Below are positions 1-14,205 of a DNA stretch of 64,000 nucleotides, piece after piece (the first letter of the stretch is position 1; each line of letters begins with the position of its first letter). The notes under the pieces are model-generated. The model was not told where the DNA came from, searched no databases, and saw only the letters and a list, made by a program, of their open reading frames with translations. Source of the stretch: Octopus sinensis (taxonomy: Eukaryota); the NCBI RefSeq assembly GCF_006345805.1, contig NC_042997.1:173476001-173540000 (forward strand), written 5' to 3'. The translations under genes and the position numbers were made by a program.

Positions 1-424
1 TACTTCTTCAAAACTCAATCTATTTTCTATGTGTGAAAGTTCAATTCTTTTATATCTAATTTAGACTACTAGCCTCGAAATATTGATAACGCGTGTGAAA
101 AATGAGAAAGGTTTTTTTTTCATCAGAACATTAAAGGTGATCAAAAAGGAGATCAAAAAAGGACATATAGATCAGATAGAATTACTTAAGATATATTTCG
201 TACAACATTTACACTTATATCTTTAATAAATGCTGAATGACCGTAAATATTGTTCAGTAAACCTTAATTATCTGGACGCAAATTAATGAATTATTATTAT
301 TAACGAGATTAACAGAATCTGCGAACCTTACCAAACCGCTGTTAATTTTTAGCTTAACTGCCATGATTATTATTCTCTTGAGAAAATTTTATTCGCCATT
401 ACGGAAAAAGAAAGAGATAGAGAT

Positions 425-635
425 TGCATGTGGTTGCTTGGTCTGCAAGAAATGGCATCCAAATCTCACTCGATAACACCATTTCGTCTTAAAAAATGAA
501 TCAAGTATATATGTATAATATATTCCTGAATACATTATACCTTAACGAAAGATGGAATGAATGATCAAGGTTTCAATGCTTTCGATCATAGGTCTTTTCA
601 ACGAGGGCTGCCCTGGAATTAAACTGCAACAACAA
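425..635 (+). repeat. Old dispersed repeat, unclassified; related copies at ~1470-1660(+), ~5290-5500(-), ~5540-5740(-), ~9920-10090(-), ~48390-48590
   Basis: Shared diverged motifs such as CCAAATCTC, TTGATCATAGGTCT and GGGCTGACCT across copies, judged by eye. Confidence 0.5.
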
Positions 636-908
636 ATAGCTATTCTAGGCTCTCAAGTATATTATTTTATACGCCGTTGGTGAATAAATATATTCTGTTC
701 TGCTGTCAACATTATTAAGTCAATATTCACTACTGAGAATTTGATACCTGAAAACAAAACGTTCTTGGTTCGCTATGAAGTTTACTATATTCTACCTATG
801 TATCCTAACCAACGATCAAAAGGAAAACTAACTGATCAACTGTGCATAATGACATTATTTACATTATTTACATTCGACGGGTATTTGTTCTTCATCTTGT
901 TTGTTGTT

Positions 909-954
909 AACATCACATTTCGACTGATATACCCTCCAGCCTTCTTCAGGTGTC
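909..954 (-). ncRNA. Minimal type I hammerhead motif (degenerate copy)
   Basis: Reverse complement reads GACAC-CTGAAGA-A-GGCTG-loop-CAGTC-GAAAT-GT-G-ATGTT. Confidence 0.6.
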
Positions 955-1001
955 TTGGGGAAATTTCGAACCTGGGTTCTCATTCCTGAGGTATTTTTCG
1001 A

Positions 1002-1129
<128 letters not shown>

Positions 1130-1299
1130 GTGTTGCTGGTGTTGATGTTGTTGCTCAGGTCACTGCTTGAAATCGAAGTTGGAATCTTGGGGTTAGTAGC
1201 CCTCGCTCTTAACCACTACGCCATATGCTCACGGACGCATGGCGTAGTGACATATGGCGTACCTTAGGAATGAAAACCCAGGTTCGAAATTTCCCCCAA

Positions 1300-1345
1300 A
1301 ACACCTGAAGAAGGCTGGAGGGTATATCAGCCAAAACGTGGTGTT
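1300..1345 (+). ncRNA. Minimal type I hammerhead motif (degenerate copy)
   Basis: AACAC-CTGAAGA-A-GGCTG-GAGGGTATAT-CAGCC-AAAAC-GT-G-GTGTT; stems I and II intact, G12>A and G at position 17. Confidence 0.6.
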
Positions 1346-1799
1346 AACAACAAACAAGATGAGGACAAATATCCGTCGAATGTAAATAATGTAAATATTG
1401 TACATAATTCCTCATCCCTTAAATATAGAACTGTGCACAATGAATACACTACGAGCCAGTTAGACAGCTTTAATATGGTCGCTTGACTTGCTAGCACTAG
1501 CTGCCAACTCATTCTCAAATCGTTCACTCAGCGTTTTAAGATCGGTTTCATTGAGTATACAATCTGAGATATCCGAAAGGACAGGTTAGACACAACTGGA
1601 ATTTCTTTGGTCAAAGCACTCCCCAATGAGGGTTGACCTTAGCCTAAACAAAAATAACAAAAGTTGAAAAGTAACATCAATAAGTAGGCACTATATCATT
1701 TACTCGATACACCATTTTTTTTTCTGCGTTTATTCTGTTATTTTCTAAATTTCATTTATGGTTTTATGAAGTTAAATTCCAAGAGAATTTATATACGCA

Positions 1800-1800
1800 G

Positions 1801-1894
<94 letters not shown>

Positions 1895-2008
1895 CACACA
1901 CAAAAAACACAAACACTCACACACATATTGATTGATAGATAGAGAGGTAAATAGGTAGATAGATAGATAGATAGATAGATAGACAAACAGTCAGACAGAC
2001 AGACAGAC

Positions 2009-2088
<80 letters not shown>

Positions 2089-2125
2089 GTAGGTAGGTAG
2101 ATAGATACATGCATACATACATAAA
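1800..2125. repeat. Compound (CA)n/(TAGA)n microsatellite
   Basis: Direct inspection. Confidence 0.95.
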
Positions 2126-2129
2126 TGCA

Positions 2130-2881
<752 letters not shown>

Positions 2882-3622
2882 TTAGATCCCCGAAACCTAG
2901 CAGTTCGGAAAAAGAAACCAAAAAAATTATTTACAAGGCTTAAAAATTAAGTATAAGGTTCGCACTTTAAGGTGGTGTTCCTGCATGAGGCCAGTGCCTG
3001 AAAATGATAAAACATAAAAAGTAAATAAATAAGGGCCAAAACTATAGCGTTTACATTAGCTCACATGCTTACCAGAAAGATGAAACATAAGAGCATTTAT
3101 ACAGAGGAAGAATCAGGTGGTAAATGAAAATCCGTTGAAAATGTAAACCCAGTTAGAAGGTCACAAGAGTAGGAAAAGGAGAATTTTGTGAGGAAAATAT
3201 AAAAAAAACAAGGAACCACAACAGGTGAGTGTGCATAGGGTTTAACAGGAATGCTCATATATACATACTTATATACATACATACATGGACATACACACAC
3301 ACATACGTATATACATACTTACATACATACATACATAGATGTGTACGTATATGGGTGCGTGTGTATACTCAAATAGGTAGGTATACTTGTGAGTGTACGC
3401 GCACGCAGTTTCGTGTTGTACATAATTTTATGTATTATATATATGTGTGCGTATGTGTATCTAGCTATCTATATATATATATATATGTGTGTGTGTGTGC
3501 ATGTGTGTTTATATATATATATATATATAAACACACATATATGCGCACAGATGCGCACGTATACATACATTCATACGCGCACTTGTACGCACATGCACAC
3601 ATGCACGCACACATGTGAATGC

Positions 3623-3671
<49 letters not shown>

Positions 3672-3862
3672 TACAGACACACGCATACACACGCACACAC
3701 ACACCACACACACACAACACACACACACGCACACACACACAAACATATATGCAATAAAATTCAAACAAATTCTAAACGACCTGATAGCGGTGAGAGAAAA
3801 GAGAGAAAAAAGACAGAAATAGGAGGGAGCGAGGGAGGAAGAGAAAGAGAGAGATAGACAGA

Positions 3863-3909
<47 letters not shown>

Positions 3910-4350
3910 CGAAAGCAAGAGTGTGTAGATGGGCAATGGTTGTTACATTGAGATAATGATTGACACACGATAAATAATGTATGTAAGACTGTGGGGGACG
4001 AAAGGGAAGTAGTATTCACATTGTTTATAGAAGCGGGTTTTTCTGCGATAAACATTTCTGTATGATGACATACCCAGCCCAGCTCAGCCCAAACCATTCG
4101 CTTTCTCTCTGTTTCTGCCTCTCTCTCTCTCTCTCTCTGTCTCTCTTTCACACGCACGCGCGGATGCGCACACACGCACACATACGCATGCACACGCACA
4201 CGTACACAAACTCTCTTTCTTTCTCTCTTTCTCACTCTCTCTCTTTCTCTCTCGCGCACACTCTCTCACACATACATACACATACAAACACATTCACTCC
4301 CTGTTTCTCTCTCTCGTTTTCTTCTTCTATTTCTTTATCTCACATACATA

Positions 4351-4388
<38 letters not shown>

Positions 4389-4573
4389 CACACACATATA
4401 CACGCACGTTTTCTCTCTCTCTCTCTATCTCTCGCTAACACTGTATCTCTCTCTCTCCCTTTCTCTCACTCTCTCTCACTGTCTGTCCGTTTCTTTCTCA
4501 GACACACATACACACACTTCTCACTCTATCTCTCATACATATACCTGTTCTTTCTTACCCCCTACATACAACA

Positions 4574-4615
<42 letters not shown>

Positions 4616-4624
4616 ATATATCTC

Positions 4625-4674
<50 letters not shown>

Positions 4675-5757
4675 ACACATACACGTACACATACAAACGA
4701 CCTCTTATCTGACTTTCGAAAGTCACGCAGTTCAATACTAAATACATTGTGAAGGAGAATAAAAGAAAAGGAAGGAAAGAAAGAAAGAAAAAAGGAAAAG
4801 AAAAGATATGGCGAGAAAAAGGAAGAAAGAGCATGGAAAGTGAAGTTAAGATGAAAGACTGAAACCGGAATTAAAGAGCGAAATTGGAGCAGAAGAATAA
4901 GAAAGAACGAAGGAAGACAGTGAAGAAAGAAAGAAGGAAATAAAGGTGCTACAGAGAAACGAAAGCCGAATAAGAGGGAAAAGGAAAGTAAAGCAACACA
5001 AATGAAGATAGAATGGGTAAGAGGGAAAGAAAGATGGCGGACTTTAAAGGAAAACATGGGAATACAAAGTTGGATCAAAAGACAATATAAAAAGAGAAAG
5101 AGACAAAGAACCGGAGAAGAAATGAAAGAGGAAGAAGGTAAGGAAAAGAGGAAGAAGGAAAGCTAAAACCCATGGTTGAACAGATAGAAGAAACAGAAAG
5201 AAATAATAAAAGGTAGAGGAGAAGGAAGAATAAATAGGAGGTGAACCCCCCACCTTTCATTGGCCTTCATTGGCTCGTTATGAATTATTCAGTCTCAAGT
5301 CAGCTCTCATCAATCAGACCAATGATCAAAGATGTTCCAGCCACGACCATTCTGTATTTTATTCACCCATTGTGTGTCTAGGGCCAGTTTATCCGATGTG
5401 TCTTTCATTTTTTTTTCTTTTTTAAAGATGGTATGATACAATTTGGTGGTAGTGGTAGATTAGACTGGTATTTCTAGCCTCGTCCAGTGATCATGTAGGG
5501 AATCTCATGCTGGCTGTTTTTTTTCCTTTTAAATTTTAACCTCAGATTAGTCACGATCGAACAATTCTATGATCGAAGGCGTTCTAGCCATGACCATCCC
5601 ACCTTTTCCTCATACATGATAGCAACAACTGCATTATCCAGTATGTTCTTGCTTTTCTTCTTGTTTTGGAATTGTGTGAGTTGAGGAATTATTGCTATTT
5701 TTAGCAGTTCGGGTGAGTACGTAGAGGCTCCCTCCACTGCGGATATATCACTCTTAT

Positions 5758-5990
5758 CTATTTCTTTACTACCCACAAGGGGCTAAACACAGAGGGGACA
5801 AACAAGGGCAGACAAACGGATTAAGTCGATTATATAGACCACAGTACTTAACTGGTACTTAATTTATCGACCCCGAAAGGATGAAAGGCAAAGTCGACCT
5901 CGACGGAATTTGAACTTAGAACGTAACGGCAGACGAAATACGGCTACGCATTTCGCCCGGCGTGCTAACGTTTCTGCCAGCTCGCCGCCT
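5758..5990 (-). mobile_element. SINE family A (~230 bp, Nin-domain-like core)
   Basis: GGCGGCGAGCTGGCAGAAACGTTAGC head, GAGTTCAAATTCC B-box-like motif, GTCGACTTTGCCTTTCATCCTTTCGGGGTCGATAAATTAAGTACCAG core; flanking duplication CTCTTATCTA. Confidence 0.9.
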
Positions 5991-6375
5991 TATAACGCTC
6001 TTATCTAACTGGAATATCTAATTTGAAGTATAAAAATATGTAATGTAGTCGAGGGGGAGAGAGTATAGTAAAATATAGAGAAAGATGGAAGATAAATAAC
6101 GAAAGAATTACCGCGGATAACGTAGAAAATATTTTGAAGTTCAACGTACGTATTATCGTTTTTGGCCGGGTGGCGTAAGTCAAAGGAAGAAAATTGGTGT
6201 CTATGACATTTTTTCAATCTTCTGTTGGACGGGAAACATGGTGACTGTTGAACGGGAAACAAGGAAAGAATTTTCCTTACATGGTTTGCTTTTCCAGTAT
6301 GAACCGGTGGATGAAGATATCGAATAATCTATCGCCAAACTAAAGATCTGGTTAGAATATTTCTAGAGTGTGTAA

Positions 6376-6590
6376 GGCGTCGAGCGGGCAGAATCGTTAG
6401 CTCCTAGGGCAAAATGCTTAGCGATATTTGTCTGGTTTTACGTTCCGAATGCAAATTCTGCCGAGGTCGACTTTGCCTTTCATCCCTTCGGGGTCGATAA
6501 AATAAGTACCAGCTGAGCGCTGTGGGTCGATATAATCGATTTATCCCCACCCTCGACATTGTTGAACTTGTGCCAATATTTGAAGCCAAT
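6376..6590 (+). mobile_element. SINE family A, older subfamily with alternative 3' tail
   Basis: Same head and core; tail ends ...CTTGTGCCAATATTTGAA. Confidence 0.8.
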
Positions 6591-9500
6591 ATTTCTAGAG
6601 TGGGTTCTGCTAAAGACTTACATGCGATAGGGTAACATTTGTAATAATATAGTGTAAGTTAAATTATTTAATTGAAATTATCTGAATACAAAGCCAAATT
6701 CTAAAAAAGAAAAAAAAAGCTTTTAGGGATGTTTAAAATTTTAAAACAACAAACAAAGGAGTTAACTCCCCAAAATTAGCTAATTAATATTTTTGGGGCA
6801 ACATAGACAAATCAGACTGAAGTGGATCTAGACTTTTTAAGACCTCATCTGCGTGAAAAGAAAAAACAGATTAGGTTTCGGTGTTATTAGACTTCGTCAG
6901 CGAAACATATTCAACTCAGTTGGTAATAAACTAAAAGTAATCAATTTACAGAGAAAATTGGAATGTAGAATCGTTGATTGTAAATATCAACAATATGACA
7001 GCGATGAAATGCATCAGAGTAGCACTCTGCACCCTATATACAAATACTATCTCTCTTATGAAATATAGTGAGGTGAATTACTTAAATTAGTACCTGACAA
7101 AAAAAAAAACTCACTTTAAGGGTGTTTAAAATCCAAAATTACCCATGGCTAGATGTCGTTTTCATTCTCACCTGCGGCGAAATATATGTTCTTTTCTATA
7201 CATTTTCTTTTGTAGCTTAGACATGGGTGAAAGTATTGTGCCCATGATCTGTTTTCAGGACCTCTGAGATTGTCGCAGACAAAAAATATCACACTCATGG
7301 GGTATAATCAGAGTTGGCCTAAGTTGTGGTGGTTCACGTAGAATTATTTGTAAGTGCTCTTACAAATATAGATTTAAAATTTTTTCCCAAGGAGGTAGAG
7401 TTTCGAATCTAATACTAAAGTGTTCATCACAATATGCAAGCAAAATATACAGCAAACAGACACTGCACAAAGGTTTCAAATTCTTTCATGAATATGTTTA
7501 AGAGAGTGGTGGTGAGAAGAAAAGCTATCTTCATTATTGGCAATGAAATCGATACAATTTTGTTACACACACTGATTGCAAAATAGATATATAGAAGAAA
7601 CTCCAACCGATACTGTTGGTTTCCTCTAAATGTAACAAATTTTCTCCCAATTAACTGAAGAATATGAAATGTAAGAACAGATGCTAAAACTGCACACATT
7701 ATTCTCAAACATTTTTGTTGATTTTACGTCTACAAATGTTTTATATCGCTTTCCTATATTTTTACACAATATTATTTTCTATAGACAAAATTGACAAGAA
7801 ATTTGATCTGTCTGTATTTAAACGATCTCCAACACATAACATGATACACCTTATTCCTTGGAGTTCCGGGCAACTGCCCAAGATTCCAATAACATCAGTT
7901 AAACCTTGGTCATAGGGGCAGTAAGAACCAGTATATCATGATATCGAATTATCTAGTCTAAGACTTAGGGTCACGGTTTGACTGATTGCAATAGAGTGTG
8001 CTTAGTGTCGCATCTAGGCTTAGCGAGACATTAAACCACGTAAAGCTTGGAGGTTTCTCGTTCAAAAATTACATTTAGCAGTTCTTACAAAGTTGAAAAC
8101 ATGCATTTTAATTATTTTGGAATTGGAAGAGACCTATTTTGCTGCTTGTATGGCTTATACCTAAATCAAACGTAGCTGGTGCTTGTTTTATCGATCTAGA
8201 AGAAACGAAAAGCATAGCTTACTCCAGTAGGATTTGATCTTTGAAGAATTTAAAGAGATGTAAATAAATGCAGTAAGCTTATTTAGTCCTTTCCTGTATT
8301 GTTACTGCCACTCTGCTGCCATATTTAATGATACAATAACGAATAGAGAATATAAAGAGAAATATATATATATATATATATATATATGCAAAGTAAAAAT
8401 ACAAACACTATAGGGAATTGAAAATATCAATAAAAAAAGAGAGAAAAATGATAAGTGAAAGAGAAATATTACTGAAGGAACGTGAGTTGGGGTGGGGATT
8501 GATCGAGATAAAAAATATCAGTGAAACAAGTACACAAAAATAAGATAAAATAAAATATTATAAAGGAGAGAAAGAAAGAATATGTATGAAAACAAAACTT
8601 TCGACGAGATAGTAATCCAGATTTAAAATGCCATTAGTCTTTGAAACGATCAAAATGGTCTATTTGTACAGCTATTTCCTACATCCAACACCGTCACCTC
8701 TATCTGACAAAGGCACTTGGTTGTGTTTAGTTAAAGAATAAGTAAATTTTCATGCCGTTATGATTCCATCTAGAAATGGGCTGTCTATTGTAAATGATTA
8801 TATGATAAATCGAAATTTACTGAATTTTCATGCATTTTGTCAAACTGCAGTTTGAAGCGAAACATAAACTGCGATTTGGATTTCTATGTAAAGGAAAATA
8901 TAACACAAGTGTGAGATATATAGAAAAATGAGATTATAATGTGTGAAATACTGTGTGATAAGAAAGAAAGACAGGAAAAGAGGAAATGAGAGAGGGAGAA
9001 AGAGAGAGAAAGAGAGACTGAAAGAATGAGAGAGAGAGAGAGACAGTGTGTGTGTATGGGTGTATGTGAATGCACGAGTGTCTGTATGTGTGATACAGAA
9101 GTGTGAATAATCATATTACTATGATATATCAACTTTGCAGTGTAAGATATATTAATGCTGGAATGATTTTACTGTAATGATAATTTTACTGTATGTTGCT
9201 ATGGTGATTTTATTGAGGATTTGTTACTGTTGCGATGGTATTACTACGATACCAATTTTATTTATCCGAATGAAATATGGCTTTGTAAACACAGACACAC
9301 CATGGTCTCAGAATTATAAGAAAGGAATGAAACTGTTAATGTGTGATGTTCATGCCCTTGAGAAAAGAAAATAGCGACATAAGTGATATGAAATCGAAAA
9401 CTATTTGCAGAAAATCGACTGGCCGAGAGCATTAATACTTCTCTAGGCTTGCACGCAGACGTTGAGTGTCAAGAATTTATAATTCTGATCAAAGCGATGA

Positions 9501-10284
9501 AAAAATCGATGTTCTTCAAGTGATACGTGAGAAAATTTGTGAAGCGGCCGGACTTAAAGGGTGTAAGATAAAATATGAGACAGAAGTTTTATTCTTTGAT
9601 TTGGTAGAAAGACCTTATATTTTGGTGGAAGACTGAAAAGCGTTTTTGGATAAAAGGGGAAAATGTGAGCAAAATTTACGGCCCCATCATGTATATAAGA
9701 TAAAAATGAAAACAAAAGAAAAAATGACGAAAGAGAATATTAGCGACTTAAACGAAGAGAAAATATTTGAAAGTATGTAATGTTCTTGGTTTACTGGAAG
9801 CTGATTTCTCATTCTTTGGCTAGACATCAAGTAAAACAAGATAAAGTCAATTCTGATTTTTGGTCTTGGGAAAAGTGATTTCGTATGCACACGCGCCTCG
9901 TGCGTAAATTTTCGTGTATTATAGTCGTTCTTTAGCTCCCGAGTCAACACTGATCGAGTACACCCAAGATGAAGGCCTTTGCACACGTGACCATCTCATT
10001 TCATCAGGATTAGTTTATCGCCAATATGGTTACCTTTTTCACTGCAGGTATAACGATGACATCGGAGAGCTCTTAGTGGCTCGTGGTTTGGTATTTTTAA
10101 GAAAAATTAAGCGGAGAACGTTATTTCTTTACCTACATTTTCAAAGCGTAGACTGCTTGTAAATGGTTTTTCTTACAGTTGAAGGTTTGAGAGTTCGTTG
10201 TCTTGCTCCTCGATGATCTCCAAATAACGAGAGTTATGTTAATGAGTGTATCTGCACAGAAACAGTGCCAGATTTATGCTCATA

Positions 10285-10705
10285 TACTCTTTTTACTCTT
10301 TTACTCTTTTACTTGTTTCAGTCATTTGACTGCGGCCATGCTAGAGCACCGCCTTTAGTCGAGCAACTCGACCCCGGGACTTATTCTTTTGTAAGCCCAG
10401 TACTTATTCTGTCGGTCTCTTTTGCGGAACCGCTAAGTGACGGGGATGTAAACACACCAGCATCGGTTGTCAAGCAATGCTAGGGGGACAAACACAGACA
10501 CACAAACATATACATACACATACATATATATATACATATATACGACAGGCTTCTTTCAGTTTCTGTCTACCAAATCCACTCACAAGGCATTGGTCGGCCC
10601 GGGGCTATAGCAGAAGACACTTGCCCAAGATGCCACGCAGTGGGACTGAACCCGGAAACATGTGGTTGGTAAACAAGCTACTTACCACACAGCCACTCCT
10701 GCGCC
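10285..10705 (-). mobile_element. SINE family B (~400 bp, tRNA-like head, internal TA/TG tract, (AAAAGAGT)n tail)
   Basis: Reverse complement of the + copy at 30078-30468; GGTTCAGTCCC B-box-like motif; CTTGGGCAAGTGTCTT. Confidence 0.9.
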
Positions 10706-10949
10706 TATGTAAAAATCAATTGATTATAATTCCATTTGTATTAATATAACATTTGCCGTTTAGTATAAGGACGTATAGAAATTATATTTCTGTTTTTATT
10801 ATTTTTATTATTTGTTGCTGAGTCACTGCAGAGAGCTAGCGGTATATAAATACCAGTTGAACAATGGGGTCGATGTTTACTTACAATATTTTATGGTATG
10901 AGTTCAAACCCAATAGATCCAACTTCCTTTTCGGTCACCGAATTTTTTT

Positions 10950-11165
10950 TCTTTCTAATTTAGGCACAAGGTCACCAGTTTTGAAGAAAGGAAGAAATCG
11001 ATTACATTACATAGATTCCAGCTCTCAACTGGTCCTTATTTTATTGAGTCCGAAAGGATGACGCGTAATGTCGACCCAGGCAGCATTTGAGATCAGAATG
11101 CAAATAACCGGAAGAAATAACACTAAGCATTTTGTCTGACGGGGTAACAATTGTGCAAGCATCAG
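10950..11165 (-). mobile_element. SINE family A, old diverged copy
   Basis: CCGAAAGGATGA...GTCGACC...TAAGCATTTTG motifs. Confidence 0.7.
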
Positions 11166-11449
11166 CGGTCTTCTCGTTCATCTAAGATTAATAAAATATG
11201 AACCAGTTCAAGCCCTTGAGATTGTCAGTCAGACGTCTGATGTTTGGAAGACACTGGTCCTGAGCCTTAATAACACTTTTACTCTTACATTTTTGCTGTG
11301 ATCCCCAAGCCGAGTGATGTTTGTCGTTTAGGGTGAATATTGCAGTTCTCAATTTAAATTAATTTTCTTCGTTACGTGATTCAGTTCTTTCTTTAGTTCT
11401 TTAGATTGTCTTGTACCTGCTTTCTGCTCACTATATGCGTTCAAACTAA

Positions 11450-12060
11450 ACATTTGGTAGACGGAAACTGAAAGAAGCCCGTCGTATATATATACCATGT
11501 ATATATCTATGTGCGTGTCTTTCTGTCTATGTTTGTCGTCCCACTGCCACTTGACAACTGATGTTGGTGTGTTTACGTCCCTGTAACTTAGCGGCTTGGC
11601 AAAAGAGTTCGATAGAACAAGTACCAGACAACGAGAAAAAAAATGAAGTCCATTCGTTCGACCAAAATTCTTCAGCATGGCCACATTCTAATGACTGAAA
11701 CAAGTAAAAGATAAAAATTAAAAGGTAATATATATATATATATCTTTTACTTTTTATTTTTTATATATATACAGGTCGACTTTGCCTTTCATCCTTTCGA
11801 GGTCGATAAATTAAGTACCAGTTACGCACTGGTGGTCGATGTAATTGACTTAATCCCTTTGTCTGTCCTTGTTTGTCCTATGTTTAGCCCTTGTGGGCAA
11901 TGAAAAAATAAGAAGTTTCCTTCCCAACCACTTGGTTCCGAGTTCAGTCCCTGGGCAAGTGTCTCCAAAGTCTTGTGAGTGAATTTGGTAAAAAGGAAAT
12001 TGAAAGTATCTAATATATATATGTCGTATTTTCTCTGTGTGTATGTATGTTTGTGTTTGT
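11450..12060 (+). mobile_element. Cluster of SINE B and SINE A fragments
   Basis: SINE B 3' half 11450-11715; SINE A 3' part 11773-11910; SINE B 5' half 11920-12060, ending where the PLE begins. Confidence 0.8.
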
Positions 12061-13520
12061 GAAAAGTTTCATTAGGGATGATCTGGACATGCTCAAACAC
12101 CTCCCGAAAACAGTTAACGAGGAGGCACTCCTGGTATCCTTTGATGTCATCAACCTCTACACCAACATTCCACACGAGTATGGTATAGAGGCAATTGACT
12201 TCTGGCTAGAAAAACACCCAGAGACATTCCCTGACCGCATTAACAAGTCTTTTATTACAGAATCTCTTAAGTTCATTCTGACAAACAATTTTTTTCTCTT
12301 CGACGACACACACTACCGTCAAAAATGTGGCATTGCGATGGGTACCAAGGCTGCACCAGTCCTTGCGAACCTCATAATGGGTTACTTCGAACTGTCACTC
12401 TATGAAATATCAAGCCAGAAATTTGGACATTTTTCCACACCTACCTAATGGAAAACTGGAAAAGGTATTTAGATGATTGTTTCATCATATGGAAAGAACC
12501 TTATGAAAAACTCCTGGAATTCAAAACCATACTAAACAACATACATCCCAACATCCAATTCACTATGGAATTAAGCAAACATCATCTCCCATTCCTTGAT
12601 CTCCTAATTATAAAAACACCTAAGAACCAAATCATAACAGACATCTACCACAAACCTACAGACTCACAACAATACCTCCTCTTTAGTTCATGCCACCCAA
12701 AACACACCAAGACAAATATCCCTTTCAATTTAGCTAAAAGGGTATGCACCATTGTCTCGGATCCAAAAACACGAGAAATACGCCTTCAAGACCTCAAAAA
12801 ACACTATTACAACGTCAATATCCCTCCACCCTTATAGAGTATGGAATAAAACGCGCCAAAGAACTAGACAACACTACACTGAAAACCACCCAACCTAACA
12901 CCAAACACAACCTCAAAATACTTCCATACATTTCCACCCACAACCCCCAAAATATCGAAGCATACACCACAATCATACAAAACCTCAGTCTACTGTCAAC
13001 AGACCAAAAATGAAAAACATTATAAATACACACAAAATCCTCAAATGCAAAAGGCAACACAAATCTTTAAAAAAAACTCTTGACAAATGCCAAACTTCAC
13101 ACACCACATCCACCCCCAACAGTAAAAAAATGTGCACGCTCAAACTGTGGTACCTGCCCCTTTCTACTTGAAGGCTCTGAATTTACCTTCAAACAAGGTA
13201 CGAAGTTTAAAATCAAGACTAACTTCTCCTGTTCCTCCGAGAACCTTATCTACGTTCTCACATGCGCTGGTTGCCAACATAATTATGTTGGACAAACGAG
13301 TCTCCCGTTACGTAAACGAGTAACGGTGCATAAAGAACAAATAAAACTCCCGGAATACCGACAAATTCCACTGAGTGACCACTTAGACTCATGTGCTAAA
13401 GACTTAAACCCCAAATTCTATATATTCCCCTTCTACCAATGTAAAGACGGGATCACCACACAGGAGAGAATTAACAAGGAGAATCTCTTTATTGAAAAAT
13501 CCAAACACAACTTAATATGC
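12061..13520 (+). pseudogene. Frameshifted PLE RT plus GIY-YIG endonuclease ORF
   Basis: Spread across ORFs 12047-12448, 12448-12837, 12744-13013 and 13080-13589. Confidence 0.9.
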
Positions 13521-14164
13521 AAACTCCTCGTTGATCAAACTTCCTTTCTCTACCTCACTCTTCATGGATGGACTAACACAAATATATAAAGATACCATGC
13601 ATTCATCACTTCAAGCTAAAACTTATATTCTTTAAATATCATTTTTACTATTGTTGTTATTACTATCATTTTTATTATAAATGATATGACAATTTGAAAT
13701 GCAATTGTCTATGCAGATTTATATTATTAGAAAATAATATAAATAAAGTGTTAAAATCTGAAAGTTAAGTTAACAAGCAATTATATAAAAAAGATAATGC
13801 AAATGAAGCTAAAATGATAGTTTTATAATTTGGGTTTTATTGAAGAACTCAAAAGAGTTGTCTCCCCTTACCCACAACACAGGAACTGAAGAACCAGGAC
13901 CACAATTACTACTACTTCCTGTCCTGCAACATGCTGAATTAACAACACAACACATCACATGCTCTTAATCCCTTTGGATCTTAACACCTCAAGGTAATTT
14001 TTTGGTAAACAACCATAAAACTCAAGATACACAACGAACTCACAATGTATCGGAGAACTTATTTTTTAATTTTTGTACATTTTATCATTATTCTTTTACA
14101 AAAAAACAATGCAATTTTCTTTTTTTCCCCTTTCTAATTTTTAAAATAACTCTTAAAACATAAA

Positions 14165-14205
14165 TATTCTTGACAAGTCATACAATGACGAAAACCGGTT
14201 GAATA
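14165..14205 (+). ncRNA. Minimal type I hammerhead motif, U3-A8 covariant
   Basis: TATTC-TTGACAA-GTCA-TACAA-TGAC-GAAA(A)CCGGT-T-GAATA: stem I TATTC/GAATA, stem II GTCA/TGAC, palindromic stem III ACCGGT. Confidence 0.7.

Noticed and set aside
3200-5260. Long ORFs rich in YI, HT, SL and RE
   Set aside because: Dinucleotide and purine-rich low-complexity DNA with no domain content.
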